64,000 nucleotides of DNA from an uncultured Actinomycetes bacterium. Its GTDB lineage: Bacteria; Actinomycetota; Thermoleophilia; RBG-16-64-13. Where the stretch lies: NCBI GenBank assembly GCA_963775295.1, contig CAVZIK010000006.1, positions 1,813,038 to 1,877,037 of the forward strand, read 5' to 3'. Below are positions 28,214-37,663 of the stretch, piece after piece. Numbering within the stretch: position 1 is the stretch's first letter; every line of letters begins with the position of its first letter. The position numbers and the translations under genes are program-made. Under the pieces are notes generated by a model. The model was not told the DNA's origin and ran no database searches. It worked only from the letters and a program-made list of their open reading frames with translations.

Positions 28214-29005
28214 TCAGGACAGTCGGACGCCCCGGTCCAACGAATCCAGTGCCGCCATGTCCTCGTCGCTGAGAGAGAAATCGAACACCGCCAGATCTTC
28301 CTCGATGTGATTTCGGTTTATCGACCTTGGGATCGGAACGAAATCGTGCTGAAGGTGCCAGCGTAGGACTACTTGTGCGGGCGTGCGCCCGTGTTTCTTC
28401 GCAATCCGGTCGACAGTTTGGTCGAAAAGACGCATCCCTTGGTTGAGCGGACTGTAGGACTCCACTTGTATCCCGTGGGCCGCGCAGAACGTCACCAGCC
28501 CGCGTGGAAGCAGGAAGGGGTGTAGCTCGATCTGGTTTACGGCCGGCACCACTCCCCCTTGTTCGAGAAGCTCTTTGAGGTGGCCGACCGTGTAGTTGCT
28601 GACGCCGATCGCCCGGCACGGTTCGTTCTCCAGCACCTCTTCCATGGCCTTCCACGTCTCTATCCAATCGCTTCCGGGCCAGTGCACTAGGTAAAGGTCG
28701 ATGTAGCCGATGTCTAGCTTGGCCAGGCTGCGCCGAAACCCCCGCGTGGCCCCACCGGAACCGTGATCCTCACCCTCCAGCTTGGTGGTCACGAAGATCT
28801 GCTCCCGCGGTATCCCCGAATCGCGCACAGCCTGTCCCACCTCCCGCTCGTTCCAATAGTTGAGGGAGGTATCGATGAGGCGATAGCCGGTCTGGAGCGC
28901 CCACAGAACGGCTGCTCGAGTGTCGCGGGCCGGAACCTGCCACGTGCCGAACCCGATGCTTGGCATCCGCACGCCGTTGTTTAGGGTGATTGCCTCTGCG
29001 AGCAT
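28214..29005 (-). CDS. Aldo/keto reductase (2,5-DKG reductase-like)
   Basis: IGFGTWQ, GYRLIDTSLNYWNE, IFVTTKL, DLYLVHWP, IGVSNY, NQIELHP, YSPL, IPRS. Confidence 0.93.
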   Translation of the reverse strand: MLAEAITLNNGVRMPSIGFGTWQVPARDTRAAVLWALQTGYRLIDTSLNYWNEREVGQAVRDSGIPREQIFVTTKLEGEDHGSGGATRGFRRSLAKLDIGYIDLYLVHWPGSDWIETWKAMEEVLENEPCRAIGVSNYTVGHLKELLEQGGVVPAVNQIELHPFLLPRGLVTFCAAHGIQVESYSPLNQGMRLFDQTVDRIAKKHGRTPAQVVLRWHLQHDFVPIPRSINRNHIEEDLAVFDFSLSDEDMAALDSLDRGVRLS

Positions 29006-29073
29006 GCGTCTATTGTTGCCGCAAAGAGGGCAACGCGAAACCTCCTAGCGGTAGTGGCCGGTCTCGTGACGTG

Positions 29074-29829
29074 CTACTCGCTTTGGGCGTCTTGGAAGGC
29101 CGCTTCGCGCAGTCGTGCCTCGCGCTCTCGGAAGGCCTCAGGTCCTTCGGCGTAGGACGGCAGCACCCACTTCATTACCTTTAGGTTGTCGAGCACTACC
29201 TTCATCTTGTCCCATGGCAGGGAGATTAACATCAACCCCTCCGGAAACACTCGTTTTGCCTTGGACCCAAAGCTCATCCCGGTCGCCATGTAGTTGACCT
29301 TTCCGGTGAGGTAGGGGTAGTTGTAGATCCACGCGCATCCCATCACCGGCGTCTTCTTCGACTCCCATAGCTCTCCGGAGGCGTAGCTGAGCGCTCGCAT
29401 TATGATCTCTGCCTGGGAAACGGTGACCATGAAGATAAGCAGGTCCGGCTCGAAGGTGAGCGCGTCCACGATAGAGTAGGCCACGTAGTTGACCGTGCCT
29501 TTGGGGAATTTCACGATGTGCTGGTAGATGCGCTGATTGGCCCGCGGCTCGTCGAAGATCTCGAAGGCTTCCCCCAGCTCGCCAGCCTCGGCGAATGCCG
29601 GCACGTCGACCATGCCAAGGGTCATGGTCCCGAAACAATCTTCATTCTCTTTGGCAAAGTAAAAAGGCGTCTTTCTCTCCTGCGCTTCTCGGATCATTCC
29701 GCAGAAGGGCAATTGTTTGTCCAACTGTTCGATCCCTTCGGGTCTCTTGAAGAGGAATTTCACGCCCACGGGTGCGTAGTTGAAGTCAAAGCCCTTGAGT
29801 ATCGACATGTCGGTGCGAAGCGGTTTCAC
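29074..29829 (-). CDS. DUF169 family protein
   Basis: PVGVKF, FCGMI..A, EDCFG, EPDLLIF, GCAW, VNY...G; GTG start after GGAGG. Confidence 0.75.
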   Translation of the reverse strand: MKPLRTDMSILKGFDFNYAPVGVKFLFKRPEGIEQLDKQLPFCGMIREAQERKTPFYFAKENEDCFGTMTLGMVDVPAFAEAGELGEAFEIFDEPRANQRIYQHIVKFPKGTVNYVAYSIVDALTFEPDLLIFMVTVSQAEIIMRALSYASGELWESKKTPVMGCAWIYNYPYLTGKVNYMATGMSFGSKAKRVFPEGLMLISLPWDKMKVVLDNLKVMKWVLPSYAEGPEAFREREARLREAAFQDAQSE

Positions 29830-30028
29830 TGTAGCCTCCAAGGCGGTTGGGGATAGTCAGCGAGCGCAATCCGAACCTGTTGCGGCCGGTCCCGGCGGGG
29901 GTTTTTACAAGCTTCTTGGGGCACGGCCCGATTCCTCCAAGACGAAGTAGTCACGCCGCCCACGGTTCGAAGGATTTTAGTCGGGGTAATAGGACAGCGA
30001 CCGTGCTCGCAAGAAAGGAGAACTAGCG

Positions 30029-30850
30029 ATGCCGACCATCGTCATGAAGGATGGCACCTCGATCTATTACAAGGACTGGGGCGAAGGGCAGCCCGTGGTC
30101 TTCAGCCATGGGTGGCCACTGAGCGCCGATGCCTGGGAAGACCAGATGATCTTCCTTGCCGGACACGGGTACCGATGCATCGCGCACGACCGTCGGGGTC
30201 ACGGCCGGTCCGATCAGCCGTGGACCGGCAATGAAATGGACACCTACGCGGACGATCTCGCGACCCTCGTGGACAATCTCGATCTCGAGAACGCTGTATT
30301 CGTCGGTCACTCCACTGGCGGCGGTGAGGTGGCCCGCTACATCGGCAGGCACGGCACCAAGCGAGTCGCCAAGACGGCTCTGATCGGCGCGGTCCCGCCG
30401 CTCATGTTGAAGACCCCGGCCAACCCCGGGGGGTTGCCCATGGAGGCGTTCGACGAAATCCGTGATGGGGTGATCAGAGATCGCTCGCAGTTCTTCAAGG
30501 ACCTCAGCATTCCTTTCTACGGGGCGAACCGGCCCGGCAGCGATATCTCCCAGGGCTTGAAAGACTCCTTCTGGCTCCAAGGGATGATGTGCGGGCACAG
30601 GGCGGCGTACGAGTGCATCAAGGCCTTTTCGGAAACGGACTTCACGGAAGATCTGAAGAAGATCGACGTGCCGACGCTCATCCTTCACGGAGACGACGAT
30701 CAGATCGTACCCATCGCCGACTCTGCGCTCCTCTCGGCGACTTTGGTCGAGCCGTCAACACTTCGGACAATACCGGGTGCACCTCACGGTATGTGCTCCA
30801 CCCACAAGCTGCGGATCAACGAGGAATTGCTCGCGTTTCTTCAATCCTGA
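30029..30850 (+). CDS. Alpha/beta hydrolase, non-heme chloroperoxidase/arylesterase type
   Basis: [50 protein letters not shown]. Confidence 0.92.
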   Translation: MPTIVMKDGTSIYYKDWGEGQPVVFSHGWPLSADAWEDQMIFLAGHGYRCIAHDRRGHGRSDQPWTGNEMDTYADDLATLVDNLDLENAVFVGHSTGGGEVARYIGRHGTKRVAKTALIGAVPPLMLKTPANPGGLPMEAFDEIRDGVIRDRSQFFKDLSIPFYGANRPGSDISQGLKDSFWLQGMMCGHRAAYECIKAFSETDFTEDLKKIDVPTLILHGDDDQIVPIADSALLSATLVEPSTLRTIPGAPHGMCSTHKLRINEELLAFLQS

Positions 30851-30866
30851 TTAGAGGAGAGTAGCC

Positions 30867-31742
30867 ATGGCCGAATCGTTCGAACACGAGTACGAGTTGG
30901 TGCAGCAAATTAACTCTTCGGGACGTCCACCGGTGGTGTTCATCCATGGACTGTGGCTGCTGCCCAGCAGTTGGGACCGATGGGCTAAGCTCTTCGAATC
31001 CGCGGGCTACGCGACCATTACTCCCGGGTGGCCCGACGATCCCGAGACCGTGGAAGAGGCGAAGGCCCATCCGGAAGTTTTCGCACACAAGTCCATAGAG
31101 CAGGTGGCGAAGTACTTCGCGGACATCATCTGGGAGTTGGGGAAGAAGCCGGCCGTAATCGGCCACTCTTTCGGCGGGCTGATCACCCAGATCATTGCCG
31201 GACGGGAATTGGCCGCCGTTTCGGTGGCGATCGATCCGGCGCCGTTCCGGGGGGTGCTGCCTCTGCCGATCTCGGCTTTGAAGTCGGCGTCGCCCGTACT
31301 CGGAAATCCGGCCAATCGCAACCGGGCGGTGCCGCTCACGTACGATCAATTTCGATATGCTTTTGCGAACGCTGTGAGCGAGGAAGAGGCCAAAGAGCTG
31401 TATGACACCTTCGCAGTTCCGGCGTCCGGGAAGCCGCTCTTCCAGGCTGCGGCCGCCAATCTTAACCCCTGGACCGAAGCCAAGGTGGACACCGAAAACC
31501 TCGAACGCGGACCGTTGCTCATAATCTCTGGCGACAAGGACCACACCGTACCGCCGGCCATCGCCCACGCCGCGTACAACAAGCAGAAGGACAACAAGAG
31601 TGTCACGGAGTTGGCCGACATGCCGAACAGAGGCCACGCTCTCACCATCGACAGCGGCTGGCCGGAAGTTGCTGAGACGGCTCTCAACTTCGTGAAGCGG
31701 TTTCTGCCGCCCGGTAGGGCTGCGTTCGACGTAGCCAAGTAG
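30867..31742 (+). CDS. Alpha/beta hydrolase
   Basis: VVFIHGLW, GHSFGG, GDKDHTVP, RGHALTID. Confidence 0.9.
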   Translation: MAESFEHEYELVQQINSSGRPPVVFIHGLWLLPSSWDRWAKLFESAGYATITPGWPDDPETVEEAKAHPEVFAHKSIEQVAKYFADIIWELGKKPAVIGHSFGGLITQIIAGRELAAVSVAIDPAPFRGVLPLPISALKSASPVLGNPANRNRAVPLTYDQFRYAFANAVSEEEAKELYDTFAVPASGKPLFQAAAANLNPWTEAKVDTENLERGPLLIISGDKDHTVPPAIAHAAYNKQKDNKSVTELADMPNRGHALTIDSGWPEVAETALNFVKRFLPPGRAAFDVAK

Positions 31743-31919
31743 CCATAAGCAGCCAATCGGGGGCCGTCGGACATCGGCAACCATTGAGCCCCAACGGCAT
31801 GCGGAGAGTTACGCGGGGTCTCGCCCCGGCCGCACCAGGCTCGTGTACACCGGCTCCACTGAACGGGCAGGGCAGATGGGAAGGGGCGTTGTCTCACTCA
31901 GCGATAGTTGCTACTATTT

Positions 31920-31949
31920 GATAGTAACAGTCAGATAACTGTAACTATC
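31920..31949. promoter_or_regulatory. Inverted repeat, probable TetR operator of the MFS-tetR operon
   Basis: GATAGTAACAG (31920-30) / CTGTAACTATC (31939-49), one mismatch, in an AT-rich patch just upstream of the MFS RBS. Confidence 0.6.
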
Positions 31950-31965
31950 AGCAAGGGAGAGAGGC

Positions 31966-33522
31966 GTGGCTCCTTCTAGGAACGGAAAATGGTGGGCGTT
32001 GGCGGCGCTGTCGCTGACGAGCCTGGTTGTGGGTCTGGACGCCACCGTGCTCAATCTGGCCCTGCCCACGTTGGCCACGGAGCTCAAGGCCTCGACGGCA
32101 TCGCTTCAGTGGTTCGTCGTCGCCTACAGCCTGGTTTTTGCGGCCTTGCTCATACCGGCCGGACTTCTCGGAGACCGGTACGGGCGAAAGAGGCTGCTGC
32201 TCAGCATGCTGGCTCTATTCGGTGCGGCTTCGCTGGGGTGCGCGTTCTCCCCGTCGGCGGGCGCGCTTATCGCGGCCCGCGCGGTCCTCGGCATCGGTGC
32301 GGCCTTCTTGCTCCCCTTGTCGATGGCCGTGCTGCCCGTCATCTTCCCTGAGGAGGAGCGGTCCAAGGCGATCGCGGTCTGGGTGGCGTCGACGGCCATC
32401 AGCTTCCCCATCGGGCCGATCCTGGGAGGTTGGTTGCTCAGCAACTACTGGTGGGGTTCGGTGTTTCTCATCAACGTGCCCGTTGTCGCGGTGGCGCTCG
32501 TGGCCGTGGCAGTATTCCTGCCTGAATCGAAGAGCTCCACGGCCCCCAAAGTGGACCTGGTGGGCGCGGCAAGCTCCAGTCTGGGCCTGGCCGCCTTCGT
32601 CTACGGCGTTATCCAGGGCGGCGATAAGGGATGGACCAGCGCTGAGGCTCTGGCCTTCCTGTGCGCGGGCGTACTGGTGCTCGCGTTCTTCATGCTGTGG
32701 CAGCGCCGGCAGGGAAGAAATCCTGACCGGCAGCCACTCGTCGATCCCTGGCTGTTTCGCTCGCGGAGTTTCGCCTGGGGGGCGATCCTGGCCACGCTGG
32801 TCTCCTTTGCCATGTTCGGCGTCCTTTTCACCCTGCCTCAATATCTCCAGGAGGTTACGGGTGAAAGCCCGCTCGGCACCGGCCTTCGCTTACTGCCGAT
32901 GATCGGCGGCCTGTTCGTGGCGTCCCAACTCGGCGAGCAGTTGGCCCGCCGGGCAGGGGCCAAGGTGGTGGTGGCCTTGGGATTCGTGATGCTCGCCGGA
33001 TCCCTGATGATGGGGGCGGCGACATCGTACGGCGACCCGTACTCCTTCGTAGCGATCTGGCTGAGCGCAATGGGTCTCGGTCTGGGCTTCGCCTTGCCGA
33101 CCTCCATGGACGCGGCCCTGGGCGCGCTGTCTGTGGAGCGGAGCGGTGTGGGATCCGGAGTGGTCATGGCGCTGCGGCAGGTGGGGGGAACAATCGGCGT
33201 TGCCATCCTGGGCGCGGTTCTGGCCTTTGGCTACCACAGCGGGCTCGATCTTACGGGCGTACCCGCGACTGCTGCGGGGGCGGCGAAGCAGAGCGTCTCG
33301 GCCGGGGTGGCAGTGGCCGGACAGCTTGGCTCCACCCAGTTGCTGGACTCGGCCCGAAGCGCCTTCGTGCACGGCATGGACATGACTCTTTGGGTCTGTG
33401 GCGGGCTGATGGTTCTGGGCATCCTGCTGGCCCTGGCCTTCCTTCCCCAACGGATCACCTCCCGGGAGCCGGAGACTTCTCATTTGATACCATCAGCGAA
33501 TGAGTGTCTCGCCGATGAGTGA
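31966..33522 (+). CDS. DHA2 family MFS efflux transporter
   Basis: LDATVLNLALP, GDRYGRKR, WWGSVFLINVP. Confidence 0.9.
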   Translation: MAPSRNGKWWALAALSLTSLVVGLDATVLNLALPTLATELKASTASLQWFVVAYSLVFAALLIPAGLLGDRYGRKRLLLSMLALFGAASLGCAFSPSAGALIAARAVLGIGAAFLLPLSMAVLPVIFPEEERSKAIAVWVASTAISFPIGPILGGWLLSNYWWGSVFLINVPVVAVALVAVAVFLPESKSSTAPKVDLVGAASSSLGLAAFVYGVIQGGDKGWTSAEALAFLCAGVLVLAFFMLWQRRQGRNPDRQPLVDPWLFRSRSFAWGAILATLVSFAMFGVLFTLPQYLQEVTGESPLGTGLRLLPMIGGLFVASQLGEQLARRAGAKVVVALGFVMLAGSLMMGAATSYGDPYSFVAIWLSAMGLGLGFALPTSMDAALGALSVERSGVGSGVVMALRQVGGTIGVAILGAVLAFGYHSGLDLTGVPATAAGAAKQSVSAGVAVAGQLGSTQLLDSARSAFVHGMDMTLWVCGGLMVLGILLALAFLPQRITSREPETSHLIPSANECLADE

Positions 33523-34105
33523 TCGACCTGCCGGCCTTCGCGAACGCAAGAAGGCGAAGACCCATGCGGCCATCCAGGAGCATGCGCTTCGCCTTTTCAA
33601 AGAGCGGGGTTACGAGGCCACCACCATCGAGCAGATTGCCGAGGCCGCCGAGGTATCGCCGAGCACCTTCTTCCGCTATTTCCCCACAAAGGAAGATGTC
33701 GTTCTGCACGACGCGTTGGACCCGCTAATGATCGAGGAACTGCGGAAGCAACCGCTCGATCTGACCCCGATACAGGCCCTGCGTGCGACCCTTCGCGTCA
33801 TACTCGCCGAGCTTTCGCCCGAGCAGCGCGAACTGGAGGAAGAGCGCGAAGCTCTCATACTCACCGTTCCGGAGCTCAGGGCCAAGTCGCTCAACTCGCT
33901 GGCGAGCGCCGTCGGCATGATCGCCGAACTGATTGCGGCTCGAGTGGGTCGAAATCCCTCAGACTTCGAAGTTCGTAATTTCGCGGGCGCCATCGCGGGC
34001 ATAGCCATCGCTGCCGTGTACGGCGAGCCCAGAGGATCTTTCGGCGACTATATGCAACGCATGGATGCCGGAATGGCGCATCTGGAGGCCGGGCTACCGC
34101 TGTAG
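33515..34105 (+). CDS. TetR family regulator
   Basis: GLRERKKAKT...GYEATTIEQIAEAAEVSPSTFFRYFPTKEDV. Confidence 0.92.
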   Translation: MSDRPAGLRERKKAKTHAAIQEHALRLFKERGYEATTIEQIAEAAEVSPSTFFRYFPTKEDVVLHDALDPLMIEELRKQPLDLTPIQALRATLRVILAELSPEQRELEEEREALILTVPELRAKSLNSLASAVGMIAELIAARVGRNPSDFEVRNFAGAIAGIAIAAVYGEPRGSFGDYMQRMDAGMAHLEAGLPL

Positions 34106-34126
34106 CTGTAGCCGAAGAGGGGCTTC

Positions 34127-34939
34127 TTAGTCCCCCTTGACGTACCTCCGTATGGCGTCGGCAACCTCTTGGGGCCGATCTCGTTGAGGGGTGTGAGCTC
34201 CTCCCAAAGAAATCACCTCTGTTCCCAGCCGCGCGGCCAGCCATTCCGCCGCGGGACGGAAGAACGGCGCGCTCTCCTTGCCGGCGAGAAGCACGACCGG
34301 CCGCGACACCGCGGCCATTTCCTCGTCGGATGGGCGGTACCACTCGTAGCGATCGAACTCGTGAACGAGGAAGGTCGAGGCTCCCGCGAGAAGCCGCTCC
34401 CGCTGATCCTCGGGAAGCGCAGCATAGTTGGCTTCGCCCATGCCCGCCCTCAGAAATGCTTCCCGGCCTCCGCGCAGCCCGCCGGTCGCCTTGCCCTCGC
34501 TCACCACGCGGCGCAGATGGGCCATGCCCTCGGTCGGGTCAGGCAGACCGGCCAGAAGAGGCGGCTCGTGAAGCATCACCTTCGTCACCACCTCGGGGTG
34601 GTGCAGCAGGAGACTCAGCCCCGTCAGGGCCCCGATGCTATTGCCGTACACGGCCGCGGGCGCGAGTCCGAGTGCGTTCAACAAGGCGGCGGCGTCGTCG
34701 GCCTGCTGATCCACCCACGTCCACGTCGCGCCTTCGGGCCAAGGGCTGCGCGCATAACCACGCCGGTCGTATGTGATCGTGGTGAACTCGTCGGCGAGCA
34801 GCGCCGCTACCCCGGCAAAGTCCGCGGCGTCTCCTCCGGCCCCCACTATGAACAGCAAGGGCGGTCCATCGCCCCGCCTCTCGTAATACAGCGAGGTACC
34901 GTTGGCTTCGACCATCCCGCTGGTGCGTGGCGCACTCAT
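34127..34939 (-). CDS. Alpha/beta hydrolase
   Basis: AAGGAG RBS; LYYERRGDGPPLLFI, YDRRGYARS, GNSIGA, GAH. Confidence 0.88.
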   Translation of the reverse strand: MSAPRTSGMVEANGTSLYYERRGDGPPLLFIVGAGGDAADFAGVAALLADEFTTITYDRRGYARSPWPEGATWTWVDQQADDAAALLNALGLAPAAVYGNSIGALTGLSLLLHHPEVVTKVMLHEPPLLAGLPDPTEGMAHLRRVVSEGKATGGLRGGREAFLRAGMGEANYAALPEDQRERLLAGASTFLVHEFDRYEWYRPSDEEMAAVSRPVVLLAGKESAPFFRPAAEWLAARLGTEVISLGGAHTPQRDRPQEVADAIRRYVKGD

Positions 34940-35188
34940 CTGCATCTCCTTGGGTGAACTTGCGGAGCCGCCGCACACCACGACGGGTGAGGTCGGTCCC
35001 TCGAGTAACTCATGCGCCAGGATACACCAGCACTATTGAGTGAGGGCCATCGCAAAGATAGAGAAGTTCAGCAAGTACTGCGGCCGACACAATCTGCGGG
35101 GCGGTGTCGAGACTCGCTGCCAGTCAGCGCTGTCTAGGCATCCGTGTATAGACCTTGACCTGAGGTTTATGCAGAATCCGAAGGAAAC

Positions 35189-35368
35189 ATGCGGAAGATC
35201 CGGCTTGTCATCGCCTTGCAGCACCGCCCGGAGTTCCTGACCCTGGAGGAATCCGCCTCTGGTCTCGGCCCTCTGGTTCACATCATCGGTGAGGCTCGCT
35301 CGGGCGACCCGGGCGGTCGTCCACCCGTGGGCTCGTCCGAACTGCCCATCTGGGCAGTGGAAGACTGA
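35189..35368 (+). other. 59-codon ORF upstream of the radical SAM operon (response-regulator receiver remnant or small peptide)
   Basis: AAGGA RBS, ATG 35189, TGA 35366-68; MRKIRLVIALQHRPEF...VHIIGEARSG resembles a receiver-domain start; below the 60-aa ORF-track cutoff. Confidence 0.35.
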
Positions 35369-35460
35369 CCTGGAGGGGGAAGCGGCTCGGCGCCGTTGCG
35401 CCTAAGATTCGAGTTGGAAAGAACGTACTCTTCCGCAGACGTCTGAGGCGAGGTGACGGG

Positions 35461-36699
35461 ATGAGCAATGATACCCACACAGGAGTGAAGGCCGAGAAGC
35501 TCGCGACCGCCCGCGTCCTCGCGGCCAATCCCGACATGATCCGAGTCCGGCCCGGAGCGGCGACCTTCATGGCGCGGTACATGCGCAAGTTTCCGGCCAG
35601 GCGGTTCGGCGACAACCTGATTCTTCACTCGCACCTCCCACCGCTCACGAGTCGGGCCTACTCGCGTTTCGTGTCGCACCACTTGGTCAAGCGCCTACCC
35701 GGGTCTTCGCATGCGCAAATCGGGGTGACGAACGCTTGCCCGCAGGATTGTGAATACTGCTACAACAAAGGTCGCGTGGGGCGACCGATGGACACGCCTA
35801 CCATCTTGAGGGCTATCGACGACCTCAGGGACGCGGGCGTCGCCTGGCTGGGCCTCACCGGCGGTGAGCCGCTTCTGAATCCCGATCTTGCGGAGATCGT
35901 CGCTCACGGGTCACCGGACATGGCGGTCAAACTCTTCACCACCGGGGTGGGGCTCACCCCGCAATCCGCCCGCGAGTTGGCGGAAGTAGGACTTTTCTCG
36001 GTGGCCGTCAGTCTCGACCATTGGGAACCCGCCCGCCACGACGCCTCCCGCCGCTACGAGGGTGCTTTCGAGGCTGCGCTTCGGGCCATTTCCATCTTCC
36101 AGCAGGTGCCGGGGTTGCACGTGAGCGTTTCGTCGGTACTCAGCCGGAAGGCGATCCGGAACGGCGACACGGAGAGGCTGGTGGCGTTTCTCGATTCTCT
36201 GGGCGTGCACGAGGCCTGGCTCAGCGAACTCAAGCCCACATTGCGCGACTTCTGGTCGGAGGAGAACGTCATTACCGAGGAGGACCGTAAATACCTGGCG
36301 CATCTGCAGGACGAACGCAACCGCGCGGTCCGCGATTCCGGCGGGGTGGTGATCAACTACCTCGGTCACTTCGAGGGATGCGAGAACTTCGGGTGCAACG
36401 CCGGCTGCAAGATGGTGTACGTGGACGCCTTTGGGGAAGTGAGCCCGTGTGTGTTCCTGCCCATGTCGTTCGGTAACGTTCGCGAGCGGCCGCTGGCCGA
36501 TATCCTGCAGGACATGCGCGACAAGTTCCCCGGGGAGTCCGCGTGCTTCGTCAACAGGAACTATCAGGCGCTCGGCGCCGGTGAGGGCGCGAGTCTCCCC
36601 CTCGATCGAGAGCGAACCATCGACCTACTCGAAGGGGTGACGTTCGGCCCGCCGTCGGAGTTCAATCAGCGGCTGTACGGGAGGAGGGTTGCGGCATGA
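35461..36699 (+). CDS. Radical SAM protein with SPASM/Twitch-type C-terminus
   Basis: CPQDCEYC, TGGEPLL, FTTG, SLDH, GCNAGCKMVYVDAFGEVSPC..SFGN. Confidence 0.9.
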   Translation: MSNDTHTGVKAEKLATARVLAANPDMIRVRPGAATFMARYMRKFPARRFGDNLILHSHLPPLTSRAYSRFVSHHLVKRLPGSSHAQIGVTNACPQDCEYCYNKGRVGRPMDTPTILRAIDDLRDAGVAWLGLTGGEPLLNPDLAEIVAHGSPDMAVKLFTTGVGLTPQSARELAEVGLFSVAVSLDHWEPARHDASRRYEGAFEAALRAISIFQQVPGLHVSVSSVLSRKAIRNGDTERLVAFLDSLGVHEAWLSELKPTLRDFWSEENVITEEDRKYLAHLQDERNRAVRDSGGVVINYLGHFEGCENFGCNAGCKMVYVDAFGEVSPCVFLPMSFGNVRERPLADILQDMRDKFPGESACFVNRNYQALGAGEGASLPLDRERTIDLLEGVTFGPPSEFNQRLYGRRVAA

Positions 36700-37112
36700 C
36701 CGGCGCCCATTCAACTCGAATGGTGGGGACGGGCTTGGCGGTAACCTTCGCGGTCGTGGGCGTAATCTTCCTGGCGATTCCGGGCAAGGTGCTGGCCGCG
36801 TTCAACTGGCTGGCCGCCGGTCTGGATTGGCCCTTGTCCACGACGCAGCCTTACACGCTCTTCTTGGCGCTCGCCCTCGGCTACATGTACGTGGTGACGC
36901 TGCTTGCCTGGCAAATGGCGCGCCATCCGGAGATGCGGGTGTATCCGTGGCTGCTCGCCCAGGCGAAAGGAGCCAGTGCGGTGATCTGTCTGGGGCTGTT
37001 CGCACTTCAGGATCAGTATCTCCTCTATCTGGCCAACTTCGTGGTCGACGGCGCAATCGCCTCGTTCGTGTGGACGTTGTGCCTGCGGTCGCGGCCCAAA
37101 GAATCCCGATGA
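36696..37112 (+). CDS. Small integral membrane protein (about 4 TM)
   Basis: Hydrophobic helices; ATGA overlaps with both neighbours. Confidence 0.75.
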   Translation: MTGAHSTRMVGTGLAVTFAVVGVIFLAIPGKVLAAFNWLAAGLDWPLSTTQPYTLFLALALGYMYVVTLLAWQMARHPEMRVYPWLLAQAKGASAVICLGLFALQDQYLLYLANFVVDGAIASFVWTLCLRSRPKESR

Positions 37113-37663
37113 ACGTGCGTCTGGCCCTCTTCAGACCCGCCCTGGCTTCGGGTCTGAAGCTGCGCATGTTGAACGAGCTTGCGGTTGTGACGGCCCTGGC
37201 ATTCCAGGTCGACGTACCGATATGGGCGGGCAGGACATTTCGCTCCCGGCTGACGGAATACGCTCGTTTTACCGCCGAACGAGCCGAACTGCTTGCGTCC
37301 ACCGGGGACACCTCGGCGATCGAAGCGGCCAAAGAGCGTCTTCGGTCTGGTGCTCTCGACCTCGGAGCCTCCTTGCGGCGAACGCTTCACACTCGTAACG
37401 CGGAACAGGCCTTTGAGGCTCTGACCATCCTGTACGGCGGAATGGGGATAGACATGCGTGCAGAAGCCGACGGCGAGGTCGCCGTCGCTCGCTGCTTCTT
37501 CGCCGGCTTCTACCGCCCGGACGTCTGCCGGATCGTGGAGGCACTCGACCAAGGCTTGGTCTCCGGTCTGTTCGACGGCGCGTCGCTCGAGTTCAGCCGG
37601 CGTCTCACCGAAGGCCGATCGCAGTGCCGAGCCTGCCTGCGTCTCGCCGAGGCCGAAGCGTGA
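37109..37663 (+). CDS. V4R/ATC-hydrolase-like small-ligand-binding protein
   Basis: RCFF...VCRIVEALDQGLVSGL...LTEGRSQC pattern; operon-embedded. Confidence 0.55.
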   Translation: MNVRLALFRPALASGLKLRMLNELAVVTALAFQVDVPIWAGRTFRSRLTEYARFTAERAELLASTGDTSAIEAAKERLRSGALDLGASLRRTLHTRNAEQAFEALTILYGGMGIDMRAEADGEVAVARCFFAGFYRPDVCRIVEALDQGLVSGLFDGASLEFSRRLTEGRSQCRACLRLAEAEA

